NCBI RefSeq assembly: GCF_018350175.1
Contig: NC_058368.1
Location: 210,492,001 to 210,556,000 of the forward strand
Direction: 5' to 3'
From: Felis catus
Lineage: Eukaryota
Length of the DNA: 64,000 nucleotides
The translations under genes were made by a program, and so were the position numbers. The notes beneath the pieces were generated by a model that saw only the letters and a list, made by a program, of their open reading frames with translations, was not told where the DNA came from and did no database searches. Below, one piece after another: positions 11,245 through 24,808 of the stretch (within the stretch, counting starts at the first letter, position 1; each line of letters starts with the position of its first letter).

Positions 11245-14200
11245 TTATCCTTTCTTTTATTAATGTGGTATATCATGTTGATTGATTTGTGAATATTGAA
11301 CTAGCCCTGCAGCCCAGGAATGAATCACAACTGATCATGGTGAATAATTCTTTTGATGTACTGTTGAATTCAATTAATATCTTGTTGAGATTTTTGCATC
11401 CATGTTCATCAGGGATATTGGCCTGTAATTCTTGTTTTTAGTGGGGTCTTTGTCTGGGTTTGCAATCAAGGTGAAGCTAGATTCATAGAATGAGTTTGGA
11501 AGTTTTCCTTACATTTCTATTTTTTTGGAACAGTTTTAGGAGAATAGGTATTAATTCTTCTTTAAATACCTGGTAGAATTCCCCTGGGGGGTCATCTGGC
11601 CTAGGACTCTTATTTGTTGGGAGATTTTTGATAATCTATTCAATTTCTTTGCTGGTTATGAGCCTGTTAAATTTTCTGTTTCTTCCTGTTTGTGTTTTGG
11701 TAGTGTGTGTCTGGAATTTTGTCCATTTCTTCCAGATTGTCCGTTTTGTTGGCATATAATTTTCCATAGTATTCTCTTATAATTGTATTTCTGTGGTGTT
11801 GGTTGTGATCACTCCACTTTCATTTGTGATTTTATCTGTTTGGGTCCTTACTCTTTTATTTTTGAGAAGTCTGTCTAGGTAGTTTTCAATTTTGCTTATT
11901 CTTTTAAAAAAAACAGCTCTTAGTTTCATTGATCTGGTGTACTGTTTCGTTTTGTTTTTTTCTTTTTTGGATCCTAAGTCATTTATTCTGCTCTAGTCTT
12001 TATTATTTCCCTTCTTCTGCTGGATTTCGACTTAATTTGCTGCTCCTTTTCTAACTCCTTTAGTTGTAAGGTTTGGTTGTGTATTTGGGACCTTTCTTGC
12101 TGCTTGAGATAGGCCTGAATTGCAATGTATTTTCCTCTTAGGACTGCCTTTTATGCATCTCAAAGGGTCTGGACAGTCATGTTTTCATTTTCATTTGTTT
12201 CCACGTATTTTTAAATTTCTTCTTTAACTTCCTGGTTGATCCACTCATTCTTTAGCAGGATGTTCTTTATCCTCAATGTATTTGAGAGCTTTCCAAATTT
12301 TTTCTTGTGTTTGATTTCAAGTTTCATAGTGTTATGATCTGAAAATATGCATGGTAAGATCTCAATCTTTTTGTACATGTTGAGGGCTGATTTGTCACCC
12401 AATATGTGATCTATTCTGGAGAATGTTCCATATGCACCCAAGAAGAATGTGTATTCTGTTGCTTTAGGATGAAGTGTTCTGAATATATCTGTTAAGTCCA
12501 TCTAATCCAGTGTGTCATTCAAGACCATTGTTCCCGTGTAGATTTTCTGCTTAATCTATCCATTGTTGTAAGTGGAGTATTAAAATCTCTTACAATTATG
12601 GCATTATTGTCAATAAGTTTACTCATGTTTGTGATTAATTGATTTATATATTTGGGAGTTTCAAGTTGGGGGCATAAATGTTTACAATTGTTAGCTTTTC
12701 TTGATGGACAGACCCCTTAATTATCATATAATGCCCTCCTTCATCTCTTGTTACAGTCTTTGTTTTAAAGTCTAGTTTGTCTGATATAAGTATGGCTACT
12801 CCAGCTTTCTTTTGACATCCAGTAGCATGATAGATGGTTCTCCATCCCCTAACTTTCAATCTGCAGATGTCCTCAGGTCTAAAATGGGTCTCTTGTAGGC
12901 AGCATATAGATGGGTCTTGTTTTTTTTAATCTATTCTGATACCCTATGTCATTTGGGGAATTTAGACCATTTACATTCAGAGTGATTATTGAAAGATATG
13001 AATTTAGTGCCATTGTGTTATCTGTAGATAACACAATGTGGTTTTGTGTTTGTGGTGATGTTGTCTGGTCATTTGTAGTCTTTGCTGCTTTCCACTCACA
13101 GAGTCCCTCTTAGAATTTCTTGCAGGGCTGGTTTAGTGGTCACAAACTCCTTTAGTTTATGTTTTCTTGGAAGCTACTTATTTCTCCTTTTCTGAATGAC
13201 AGTTTTGCCGAATAAAGGATTCTTGGCTACATATTTTTCTTATTCATCATATTAAATGTTTTCTGCCATTCCCTTCTGGCCTGCCAAGTTTCAGTGGAAC
13301 CTTATGTGTCTACCTTTGTAGGTGAAGGACATTTTGTCCCTAGATGCTTTCAGAAATCTCTCTTTGTCTTTGTATTTTGCAAGTTTCACTATGATATGTC
13401 GTGGGGTTGACCTTTTTTTTTTGTTGATTTTGAAGGGAGTTCTCTGTGCCTCTTGGACTTGGATGCCTGTTTTTTTCCCCCCAGATTAGGGAAGTGCTCA
13501 GCTATAATTTGTTCAAATAAACCTTCTGCCCCTTTTTGCTCTCCTTTTTCTGGGACTCCTCTGATATGGATATTGTTTTGTTTCATGGAATCACTTAGAT
13601 CTCTAATTCTCCCCTGTGGTTTAGTACTTTCCTCTCCCTCTTTTTTCCAGGTTTATTATTTTCCATAGTTTTATATTTTATTTCACCTATTCTCTCCTCT
13701 GCTTCTTCAATCCTCACTGTCACTATATCTAGTTATTTTGCATCTCCATATTGCATTTTTAAAATTCATCCTGACTAGTTCTTTGGTCTTTGATCTCTGT
13801 GGCAAGCTTTTCTCTGGTGTCTTCTATGCTTTTCTTCAAGCCTAGCTATCAGTCTTATGACTATTTTTCTAAATTTTGTTCAGATATATTTTTTATATCT
13901 GTTTTGAGCAATTCTCTGGCTGTGATTTCTTCTCAACCTTTCTTATGGGGAGAATTCCTCTGGCTTGTCACTTTGCTTAAGTTTCTCTCGTTTGCATTTT
14001 TTAAAAGCCTGTCATGTGTCCTGCATCTGAGAGTACTACTATATTAAAAAGGAGTCATACACTGTCCAGGGCCTGGCACTCCAGGAAGTGTTTCTGGTGT
14101 ATGTTGAAGGCACTCTGCTGTTGCGTTTTGGCTGCTCTATCCCACTGGTCAATCCTTTGCAGAGCTCCTCCTTGCTTCAACTAGGTGTGCTTTGATTTGT

Positions 14201-14416
14201 TTGTTGAGGTAACCCTAGGAAAAAAAGGATGGGGGAAACCTGATCCCATAAAAAGAGAAAAAGGAAAGTGGAGAACAGAAAACCAAAAAGAATAAAAAAA
14301 AACAACAACCAGAAAACTATAAGCCTGATTCCAAAGAAAGAGTAGGAAAAAATAAAGAAAAAAGTAGAATAAAAGAGAAAAGATGAAACAAAAAGAGAAA
14401 AGAGAATAAAGTCTGA

Positions 14417-14544
14417 TATACATATACATATACAAATGTATATGTACATCAATATATCTCTCTCTATATGCATATCTATCTATATATAGATATATTGATA
14501 TACATATACATATACATATGTGTGTGTATATATATGTGTGTGTA

Positions 14545-14600
<56 letters not shown>
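14417..14600. repeat. Mixed (TA)n/(TG)n microsatellite inside the L1 5'UTR
   Basis: Directly visible. Confidence 0.9.
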
Positions 14601-14601
<1 letters not shown>

Positions 14602-16237
14602 TAAGAAATGACAAAAAAATCAGAAACCATGAGCCTGATTCCAAGAGAAAAAAAAGAAAAAAGAAGAAGGAGGAAAGAAAGAGAGAAAAAAAAAGTTGTC
14701 TGTTGGCGCCTGGGGCTGGTGGCTGTGCTGTTCTGGAGGAGAGACTGGCTGCGATGGGTCAGCCAGTCTTGCTCCAGTAAATAAGCAGTTTCCAGGCATG
14801 GAGGGGAGGGTTTAGGTGTAATCAGTCCTGCCTCCACTGGGAGCCACTGTGTTGCTCTCCAATGTCCCACTGTGTTGGTGTTGGGGAGAAAATGACATCA
14901 CTCCAATCTCAACCCTGGACCAGGGATCTCAACCCTATCTTATCAGGCAGCCCTCACAGAATAGAGAATGCAGTCAGCTTGCCCTGCTCCACAGTTCTCC
15001 TGCACCTTCTTGGCGCTCAGCTGGATTCAAAATCTGAAGTCTTAAAGGACCCAGCACCGTACAGCAATGCTCCCCATCTCCAGAGTAAAGCCTCTCCCCA
15101 CTGCTGATGAAAGGCCTTTGGCTGGCACCTTCAGGGTCTTTTGTCCTTGGGGAGCCAAAAACCCTTCATCTCAAAGTACTCTGAGAAGAGAATGTTTCTC
15201 TCCCAGGGCACCCCAGAGATTGCTACACCACACTATGCACTCTGGGGTGGCTGCTTCCTCGCCAGGAGCATGAGCCAGGGATCCAGTCTGGATAAAGTTG
15301 CACACTTCTGAAAACTCTGAGTTTCAATTCCAAGGCTGTTGCAAACAAAGAGTTGGGACACTCAGTACTTCTTGCTCCAAGTCCATAGTCCAGAGAAGCT
15401 TGCTCTTGTCCTAACTCCATGCTGCACTTTCATAATCCCTTTCTCTTTCTCTCCCTTTTGTCTCTCCACAGAAAGGGTTCTCTCTCCTCTATGATCTGCC
15501 ACTGTATATCCCTAAAATCACATATATCCACCTCAATCCTGCCAAGCTGTATCCCTCCAAATGTGGAGATCATTTGACTGCTCTGCAGTTCAATTTCCTG
15601 AGTGTTCTAAGTGATCTGACATCAATACAGCTGTGTTTGAGTGGCAAGGCCCTCCTACTTCTCTGCCATCTTAACTCTCCTCTCCCTGCGTCCGTTTCTT
15701 GCATAAGTTAAAGGTAAGCTAGAGCAAGCAGTCTGAGGGAGTAAGGGTTTATATTTTATGTAATCTGTGTTACCTCAGGAAACACAAACACAAATTAAAA
15801 ATTAGAGTAATTCCCACAGACACACCATTACTGTAGTCATACATCCCACTCTGCTGACCTAATCACTACAAAGTCGTTATCTTCCAAAGTACCCCTCTTT
15901 CCAACGTGGGCCAATTCTATTCTTTTCTTCCTGATTGGACATTCTCTGCTCTGAGACCCATAGATTCAAGAGAAATGCTCCTTGATGGTGCATAGTTTTA
16001 GATAATCATTGCAAGATAGAACCAGTACTTCCCCTAGGAGTAAGCTTCTCTTTCCTTAGAATCTCACGATTTTCTTAGGATAGGTGATGCCTAACTCTGT
16101 CATGTGCAGGATCTTACAGTTATGCCCTAATGACCACAGTTATCCTGAATGCCTTAATTTCATGTTCAGAAATTTTTAGGCCTAACTGGAAACTTGGAAT
16201 CCTGCTAAATATATTTGAATCTCAAGGATTTTGCTTC

Positions 16238-16456
16238 ATTTTAAAAAAATTTTTAATGTTTATTTATTTTTGAGAGAGAGAGTGTGAACAGGGGAGGAGC
16301 AGAGAGATAGGGAGATACAGAATCAGATGCAGGCTCCAGGCTCCAGGCTTCTAGCTGTCAGCACAAAGCCCGACGCAGGGCTCGAACTCACAAGCTGTGA
16401 GATCATGACCTGAGCTGAAGTCAGACGCTTAACCTATTGAGCCACCCAGATACCCC
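16238..16456 (-). mobile_element. CanSINE
   Basis: Reverse SINE; TSD AAGGATTTTGyTTC. Confidence 0.92.
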
Positions 16457-17000
16457 TTAAGGATTTTGTTTCTAAGTGGTGGATCTAACTCCTTCTGCTT
16501 TAATGACTATTTCTTGGACTAATATTCAATATCCCATGTTTCTAATTCCCCCTCTAACATGAATTTACATGGAGAATGATTCCATAAAGAGTGATGACTG
16601 ATTATCCAATAGGAACCCTTCCTACTTCCATTTACAGCAGTGTGCCTAATTTCCACCAGTACAGTTATTTCTTCAGGACATGGTATCTCCACAAGGCCTG
16701 GCTAAAATGAGCATGTCGCTAGGATCAGGAACTACTTGAGGCCTAAGCAGAGAAGTTCATCACACTGACATGGAGGCCATGAGCCACAAGGAAATTTTTG
16801 ATGGAGGATTACCATAGGTCAAAATTTGGGAAGCCCTCAGCTGGGGCTTACCTTAAGTGAGACAGTGGGGCTGAAGAAACTCATCTTCCTGTGCTCCCCA
16901 TCAACTTTCTGCCCCCTTACCATGGATTTCCCAACTGCCACATCAATTTCAGAGCCTCTGTTCACAGCTTTACAAAAATGAAATTTTGTGTTGTTCCTAG

Positions 17001-17102
17001 GTGGAAGCCATTATCTACTACTGGACCGTGTATCTGAGATTCTTCAAGATCATGGTCATAATGTCACTATGCTTTTTTACGGAGAAGAGTTTTTAATCCC
17101 AG
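17001..17102 (+). CDS. UGT3A: UGT3A exon 2 (GGSHYLLLDRVSEILQDHGHNVTMLFYGEEFLIP)
   Basis: Acceptor ttgttcctag|GT, donor CCAG|GTATGT; contains catalytic His35 (CAT 17009-17011) and the GHNVT motif. Confidence 0.95.
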
Positions 17103-17214
17103 GTATGTTTTTTAGTAATCATTGAATTCTTTTTTCCCAGGGAGACAATGTGTTTTGTATAGTACTGTGAAGCACATAATCTTTCTGGATCTAGTTGTAT
17201 TGACAGAATGGGAA

Positions 17215-17218
<4 letters not shown>

Positions 17219-17264
<46 letters not shown>
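17219..17264. repeat. (GT)n microsatellite about 120 bp into intron 2
   Basis: Directly visible. Confidence 0.95.
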
Positions 17265-17266
<2 letters not shown>

Positions 17267-17719
17267 ATGATACCTGCTGACTACCATATTAAGTTCTGTA
17301 CGTCTGGCCTCCACATGCTGTATCTCCATGTTTTACCCCTTTAGCTAGGTGTCACTTCAACTCAGGCAGGCCTCTGTACATTATTATTTATTGATCAGTT
17401 TGATAACTACTACTCTGTGGTATGGTTTTAATTTGTTTGAACAGATATCTTCAGCCAAATTTATAGCTTCTATTATGTAAGGACAGCTGCTTTTTCTGTT
17501 TCATAGGTTACTTTCTAACCCTGTTCTGAGGCCCGAAATTTAAGAAAGCTTTTAAAAGGATGTCTTTTATTCATGTCTTAGGATCAAAATCTATCAGTGA
17601 GATGATCCTGTATTCATGAGAAGTTACTGGCTGCCTATGAGTTGTGCATAGTGATGTCACAAGTTCATGAGTCACTGAATGCAAAGAATTTTAGCTAAGA
17701 TGAAGCTCATCTATCTTGT

Positions 17720-17845
17720 CAACGATTCCGTTGACAGACAAGGACGCAGAGGCCCAGAGAACTGCAAAGATTTGTTCAAGTTCACACAGCAATTTAATAA
17801 TAGAGTTGGGTGGATCTGGAACTTAAAGCTCTGATTTTCTCATTC
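17720..17845. mobile_element. MIR fragment
   Basis: gacagacaaggacgcagaggcccagaga...tttgttcaagttcacacagc resembles the MIR core. Confidence 0.55.
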
Positions 17846-17894
17846 GGAATTGCTACAGCTTTAGCTTAAAAAAATCCAAAATTAAGCATTTTTT

Positions 17895-18108
17895 TTTTTT
17901 AATTTCAACGTTTATTTATTTTTGGGACAGAGAGAGACAGAGCATGAACGGGGGAGGGGCAGAGAGAGAGGGAGACACAGAATCGGAAACAGGCTCCAGG
18001 CTCCGAGCCATCAGCCCAGAGCCCGACGCGGGGCTCGAACTCACGGACCGCGAGATCGTGACCTGGCTGAAGTCGGACGCTTAGCCGACTGCGCCACCCA
18101 GGCGCCCC
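17895..18108 (-). mobile_element. Young felid CanSINE (SINEC_Fc-like)
   Basis: CpG-rich, near-consensus; TSD CAAAATTAAGCATTTTTT. Confidence 0.96.
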
Positions 18109-19691
18109 CAAAATTAAGCATTTTTTAATGAAAATCAAGTCTGAGCAAGTATGGAATTCTGAAGATGAACTTAAGACTGTTATTGTGTGATCACCTTTTA
18201 GGCTGGGTTCTATATTGTTCACTGAATATCTTTTCCATATATGTCCCTTTGTATCTGCCTTGTCAGTCTGATTGTGTATTTGCCTTGACTGCCAACCATG
18301 GTAGTTGCAACACATGATCATTTCATTTTGGTGGTTTCTGGGAATGAGGAACTGCTAAAAGCTTTAGACCCTCTACCTCTTTAACAAACAGACCCACACT
18401 CAGAACTACCAACAATTCAGGGGACTCATGGGTTCCCTTAGTTTTATTCTTGGTTCCAAGTTTTAAGAGTCCAGAGTTTCTTGCAATATTTACCATTTAC
18501 TGGAAATTCTGGAGGTTTTGAAATGGATTATTTATTTTTCACTACAGCAGTACCTTTGCAGAGGTCTGCAAATAAGGAAACACGTGATTGGATTGGATTA
18601 TTTTTGTTGACCTGATTCAATATTCAGTATTGAAACTTTTGAACGTGTGTTAACTACTTGTTTGGATAACTTCCTTATAGAGTTTTCATTTACAACTTTA
18701 CTAAATAAATGACTTCAGAAATACTGAAGTAGAAACCATTTCTAATGCTTACATGGGGGTTGTTCTGATCAATAACTGAAGTCACAAGTGTAAGATGCCA
18801 GCCTACACAGGATTTTCCTTTTCCTAAGTGAGCTTGCTATACCTTTCTATCCACCACATAGACATTCTCCACATGACAGTTCTTCTTTTTTTCTGGGGGG
18901 ACTGTGCAGTTACATCATTGATTCTGAGGGACTTTCTTGCACTCATGAGAACTTCTGCCTGGAGGGACATTGCCATGACCAGATAATTCCATCCCTTTCA
19001 ACCAGTTAGGTTCTGCTTTCTTTGGGTAAGGAGGTAGAAGAACATGTCAATTGCTAATGCAAGGAAGCTCTGTCTTGGAATTCAGACTTTTGAATGGACT
19101 GAAGGTCTTCTCCCTTTATCTATCTAATAGTGCTCACCTTACCCCTGGGAGCTAAAAAACCCAGGATCTTAGTCTGCTGTTATCAAGGTGGGGTCAATTT
19201 CTCATTTCAAGGGTTTATAGAGTTTAACAAAACACACCCACCTTTCCCTCTGAATTTCAGAACCAACAGAGAGAAAGTTATAGGAGTTAGGTAAAAATGC
19301 ACCTTCATCTAGTTGATTGGGGAACTTCCTTTAGATCTTCATTAACTCTCAAGGCCCTGAGTAGTGGCTTGAAAATAGGCTCTGTAAACCTCTGAGTATT
19401 GTTCTATTTCATTCTTTATTGTGCCTTGGGTAGTTTCCTCACGTTTGAATTGAACTGTTCTTAGGAACACTCCAACCCCAAACTTTCCCTACAGCTCTCT
19501 TTTGGTTTTCTGGTATTCTGGCCTGTGAATACCAGCTGCCATGTCCTTCCCCTAATCTGCTGTGCTGCACTCAGGGAGATGGCCAGGCCAGGTGTGGGTG
19601 CCTCCTCCATGAGATGTATCTTGGAAGCTTCCTCAAGCCATCCATGAATGTCCTGTGCCACCTGGTGTCTAACGTCTAAAAAACCATTTTA

Positions 19692-19909
19692 GGGGCGCCT
19701 GGGTGGCGCAGTCGGTTAAGCGTCCGACTTCAGCCAGGTCCCGATCTCGCGGTCCGTGAGTTCGAGCCCCGCGTCGGGCTCTGGGCTGATGGCTCAGAGC
19801 CTGGAGCCTGTTTCCGTTTCTGTGTCTCCCTCTCTCTCTGCCCCTCCCCCGTTCATGCTCTGTCTCTCTCTGTCCCAAAAATAAATAAATGTCGAAAAAA
19901 AAATTTTTT
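19692..19909 (+). mobile_element. Young felid CanSINE (SINEC_Fc-like)
   Basis: Near-consensus; TSD AAAAACCATTTTAG. Confidence 0.96.
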
Positions 19910-20955
19910 AAAAACCATTTTAGCATATATTTGGTCTGGTTTTCTTTAGTTGTTTAAAGGAAGAATTTCCATATGGCCCTATCACTTTCTTGTAGCCACA
20001 GACTGAAGTTGCTTATATTCATTATTTAAATCATTCTATTGAAGTAATATTGGCATATAATAAACTGGATATATTTAAAATATATTATTTGATATATTTG
20101 TACATGTACCTATGAAACCATCAACATAATCAAGATGACAAATATATTTGTTCCCCCACCAGAAGATTTCTAATGCCCTTTTGCAATCTCCCCTCTGGGG
20201 CCTCCCACCTTTCTATTCCCATTGCCAGTCAATCCCTAATATGTCCCTATGTGTTAGATTACATCATGTAGATTTTATATCAGTGGAATCATAATTATCT
20301 AGTGTTATATTTTAGTTTATTGTACTCAGCATAAATATTTTTGGATGCATTCGTAGTGTGTGTATGAGTAGTTCATTCCATTTTCTTGCTGAATAATGTT
20401 CTATGTGTGTGCTAACACAATGCGTTTATTTAGTTGCTGTTGCTGGGCATTCGTGTTGTCTCCAGTTTTGAGCTATTGTTAATACACCTGCTGTGTAGAT
20501 TTGCGTGCATGCCTATGTATGAACAAGTACTGTCTTTTCTCTGAATTAACTGGTAGGAGAGCAGTGACTGAACCATAGGTTAGGTGCTGTTTAAGTTTTT
20601 AAGAAATGGCCAAACTGGTTTCCAAAATTGCTGTAACATCCTGCATCTCACCAGAAGTGACTGCAAGTTTCATGTACACCACACCCTTGTCAGTACTTGG
20701 TTAGCCTTTTTACTTTTATCCTCCCTTGTGTAGGTATTTAGTTGTATTTCATTGCGGTGTTTACACGCATTTCCTTTGTTAGTAATGATGCTAAGGCTTT
20801 CTTCATGTGTTTATTTGTCAACTATATATCTTCACTGGTGAAGTGTTTGTCAAATTTCACCCATTTTTACATTGGTTCATTTGTTTTGTTATTATTGAGT
20901 CTTCAGTGCTCTTGATATATATTTTGGATATATGTATATCTTGGATATATATTTT

Positions 20956-21005
<50 letters not shown>

Positions 21006-21254
21006 GGTAAAATACCAGATATAAGCCCTGCAAATATTCTTTCCCAGTTCGTGACTTATCTTTTCATTGTCTCAGGAGTGCTTTTTGTAGAGCACAATTT
21101 TTACTTTGATGAAGTGTAATTTTATACTTTTGCTACATGTATTAGTATGAATATGATTTTTTAATTTATTCTGTTAAAATGATGAATGTCAGTAATAGAT
21201 TTTCAAATGTTAAGTTAAGCTTGTAGTCTGGGATCGAATTCTATTTGGTCAAAA

Positions 21255-21462
21255 TATATTTTATATATAAATACACACAGAGAGAGAGAGAGAGAGAGAG
21301 AGGCAAGCAGGGGAGGGACACAGAGAGAGGGAGACACAGAATCTGAAGCAGGCTCCAGTGCTGACAGCTCAGAGCCTGACGCACAGCTGGAACTCACAAG
21401 CTGTGAGATCATGACCTGAGCCGAAGTCAGACACATAACTGAATGAGCCACCCAGGCACCCC
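21255..21462 (-). mobile_element. CanSINE
   Basis: Reverse SINE ending gagccacccaggcacccc. Confidence 0.9.
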
Positions 21463-22074
21463 TGTATTTTTCTTTTATATATTTTATATTTTGTTTGTTT
21501 GAATTTTGGTTTAATATTTTATATCTCTGTCCATGAGGATCATCGTTCTGTGATTTTCTTGAGTTTTTTTTTTCTTTCTTCGATTGCTATCAGTGAAATT
21601 CTTATCTCAGAATGAATTGGGTTGTGTTCCTTTTTCAGTTTTCTGGAAGAGTTTGGGTAAAATTAGTATTGTTTCTTCCTAAATTGTTTCAGCCAATCTG
21701 AGAGTCAGCATGTCTCTCCCCGCCCCAAAGTTATGTTTGGGTGTTAAGACATATGGCCTTACATATATACCAAGAGGCTATAAAATGGTTTATTATTAGT
21801 ATGATGACACTTTCAGGGGAGAGTAAAGCAACTCCCAAGGTGGTCCAAAAGTACATTGAGAGAGCAGGAAAACGAGGATAGCTTTGGGCTTTTATGGCGG
21901 TCAGCAGTGGGACTGGAATGGGCATTTCCCTTCTTGTTTGACTGATGGCCAGAACATGCCATGTCTCATGTATTTCAATTTGAACATGTTTAAGTAAGTC
22001 ATTATGGTATTTCATGAGCCTTGCTGCCTAAGACTGATGAGAGAGTTGAAAATATCACTGAATGTCTTGTTTAA

Positions 22075-22270
22075 AAGGCTAACTATATGGTTCAGTTGGT
22101 TAGGCATCTGACTTCGGCTCAGGTCATGATCTCATGGTTTGTGAGTTTGAGCCCCTCATTGGGATATTTCCTGTAGGTAAGTATCCTCTGTCACCCTCTC
22201 TCTCTGCCCCTTCTCCACTTGTTTTTTTTTTTCTCTCTCTCTCAAAATAAATAAACTTAAAAAAAAAAAA
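22075..22270 (+). mobile_element. Older CanSINE
   Basis: ggttcagttggttaggcatctgacttcggctcaggtcatgatctc...aaataaataaacttaaaaa. Confidence 0.85.
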
Positions 22271-22654
22271 AGACCAGCTTTGTGCATTTAGAAAAGTGAA
22301 TTAGTGCTTTGGTCATGATCAGTAATGTCTGAAAATCTAAAGGATAAGGACAGTCTTCTTTAAGGCTGTGTATTGTGTCTTTAGTGTGTAGAGACACATG
22401 TGCAATCTTCTTTTATATTTTGAATATCCATTTCACAGGAGATTCTGAGTACTTAACCCAAATAAAACAACCATTCTTCTTTATAGGTTTATTTAGAATG
22501 TCTTTTTCTTCTTTCAGTTAACTTTGGTAGTTTATATCTTTCCAGGAAGTTGTCCATATAATGTTGTCTAAATTTTTAGCATCTGCAGTTCATAGAATTC
22601 ATTTATAGTCCTTTTTATTTCTGTGTGGTCATTAGTGGTGTTACTTCTTTCATT

Positions 22655-23058
22655 TATTTTTTTTTCTTCTAATACTTTATTTAAATTCAGGTTAGTTAAC
22701 ATATAGTGTAGTATTGGTTTTAAGAGCAGAATTCTGTGATTCATCAGTTACATATTAACACCCAGTGCTTATCACAAGTGCCTCCTTAATGCCCTTTGCC
22801 CATTTAGCTCTCCTCCCACCTCCCCCTCCTGCAACCCTCAGTTTCTTCTCCATAGTTACGAGTCTCTTATGGTTTGCTTCTTTGTTTTTATCTTATTTTC
22901 TTTTTCTTTCCCTTCCCTTATGTTCATCTGTTTTGCTTCTTAAATACCACATATGAGTGAAATCATACAATATTTGTCTTTCTCTGACTGTCTTATTTCA
23001 CCTAGCATAATACACTCTAGCTTCATCCATGTGCTTGCAAGTGGCAAGATTTCATTCT
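22655..23058 (-). mobile_element. Short 5'-truncated carnivore L1 3' end
   Basis: T tract followed by sequence matching the L1 3'UTR at 8431-8800. Confidence 0.85.
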
Positions 23059-24244
23059 GATTGTAGTAATTTGTGTCTTCCTTGTCTGTAAATTTTATTC
23101 ATTATTTCAACGAATTGGCTCTGGTTCCATTGATTCCTTCTTGTTTTTTTCTTATTTCCAAAATTAATAGTTTCTCCCCTAATCTTTATTAATTCTACCT
23201 TCTGTTTTATATTTAATACACTTTCTTTCCCAATATCTTATGGTGGCAGAATAGGTTATTGATGTGATAACTTTCTTTGTTAACATAGCTGTAAATTTTC
23301 TTCTGAGTACTAATTTTGTTGCAAACCATAAGTTTTGGTATGCTGTATTTTCAAATTTATTTTTGTCTAAGTATTTTCTGATTTCTGTTGTGATTTCTAT
23401 TTGACACATTGCTTATATAAAATATGTTGTTTAATTACCATAATTGATAAATTTTCCAGTTTTCCTTCTGTTGTTGATTTCTACCTCCATCCTGTTGTGG
23501 TCAGATATCCTGGGGTAATTATGTTTTAAAATCTATTGAGACTTATTTGTGACTGAACATATGGTCTCTGCTGGAAAATGTCTCAGTTACCTTTAAGAGG
23601 AATGAGTATGCTGTTACTGTTAGGTAGAGTGTTCTGTATATGTCTGTTACATCTAGTGGATCAATGTGTGCAAGTCTTGTGTGCAAGTCTTCTATTTCCT
23701 TACTGATCTTGTTTCTGGTTTTTCTGTCCATTATTGAGAGTGGAGTATGAAATCTCCAATGATTATTATGGAACCATCTGTTTCTCCCTCCATTTTGCCA
23801 GCTTTTGCTTTAGGTATTTTGTGGTTTCTCATTAGATGACATGTGTTTATAATAGTTTTATCTTCTTGCTGTAGTGAATCTTTTATTGATATATAATATC
23901 TTTCTTTGTCTTGTAATATTTTTTGATTTATGTTCTATTGTGATTGATATTTGCTCATCTGCTTTCTTTGATTATTATTTGTATGGAATATCTTTTTCTG
24001 TGTACCTGTATCATTGGACCTAAAGTCTCTTGTAGACAGTTTATAGTTGGATCATGTTTTTCCTTGTGTGTGTGTTTGTGGCCTTTTAATTTTTGTATTT
24101 ATTTTTAAAAATAATTTCTTCATTTTGGAATGATTTTGTATTTAAATAAAAATTGCAAAGATGGTACAGAAAGTTCCCATACAACTCACATCTTCATCTC
24201 CCCATTGTTAATCCCATTTAATTTTTAATTTTTTAATTATTGTT

Positions 24245-24639
24245 ATTATTATTTTAATTTTATTTTTAATTTTTTAAAATTTACATCCAAATTAGTTAGC
24301 ATATAGTGCAACAGTGATTTCGGGAGTAGATTCCTTAGTGCCCCTTACCCATTTAGCCCATCCCCCCTCCCACAAGCCCTCCAGTAACTCTCAGTTTATT
24401 CTCCATATTTATGAGTCTCTTATGTTTTGCCCCCTCCCTGTTTTTATATTATTTTTGTTTCCCTTCCTTTATGTTCATCTGTTTTGTCTCTTAAAGTCCT
24501 CATATGAGTGAAGTCATATGATTTTGTCTTTCTCTGACTGACTAATTTCACTTAGCATAATACCCTCTAGTTCCATCCACATAGTTGCAAATGAAAAGAT
24601 TTCATTCTTTCTGATTGCTGAGAAATACTCCATTGTGTG

Positions 24640-24702
<63 letters not shown>

Positions 24703-24760
24703 ATATATGTGTGTGTGTGTATATATGGAAAGAGCCCAAATATCCATCAATGGATATTTG

Positions 24761-24808
<48 letters not shown>

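Larger units (their letters stand above)
8431..15686 (-). mobile_element. Full-length decayed carnivore LINE-1 in intron 1, antisense to UGT3A
   Basis: Ordered minus-strand fragments of ORF2 (9740-10210, 10623-10883, 12211-12501, 12644-12859) and ORF1 (13389-13586), 3'UTR at left and 5' end AAGATGGCAGAGAAGTAGGAGG near 15670; many stops and frameshifts. Confidence 0.93.
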
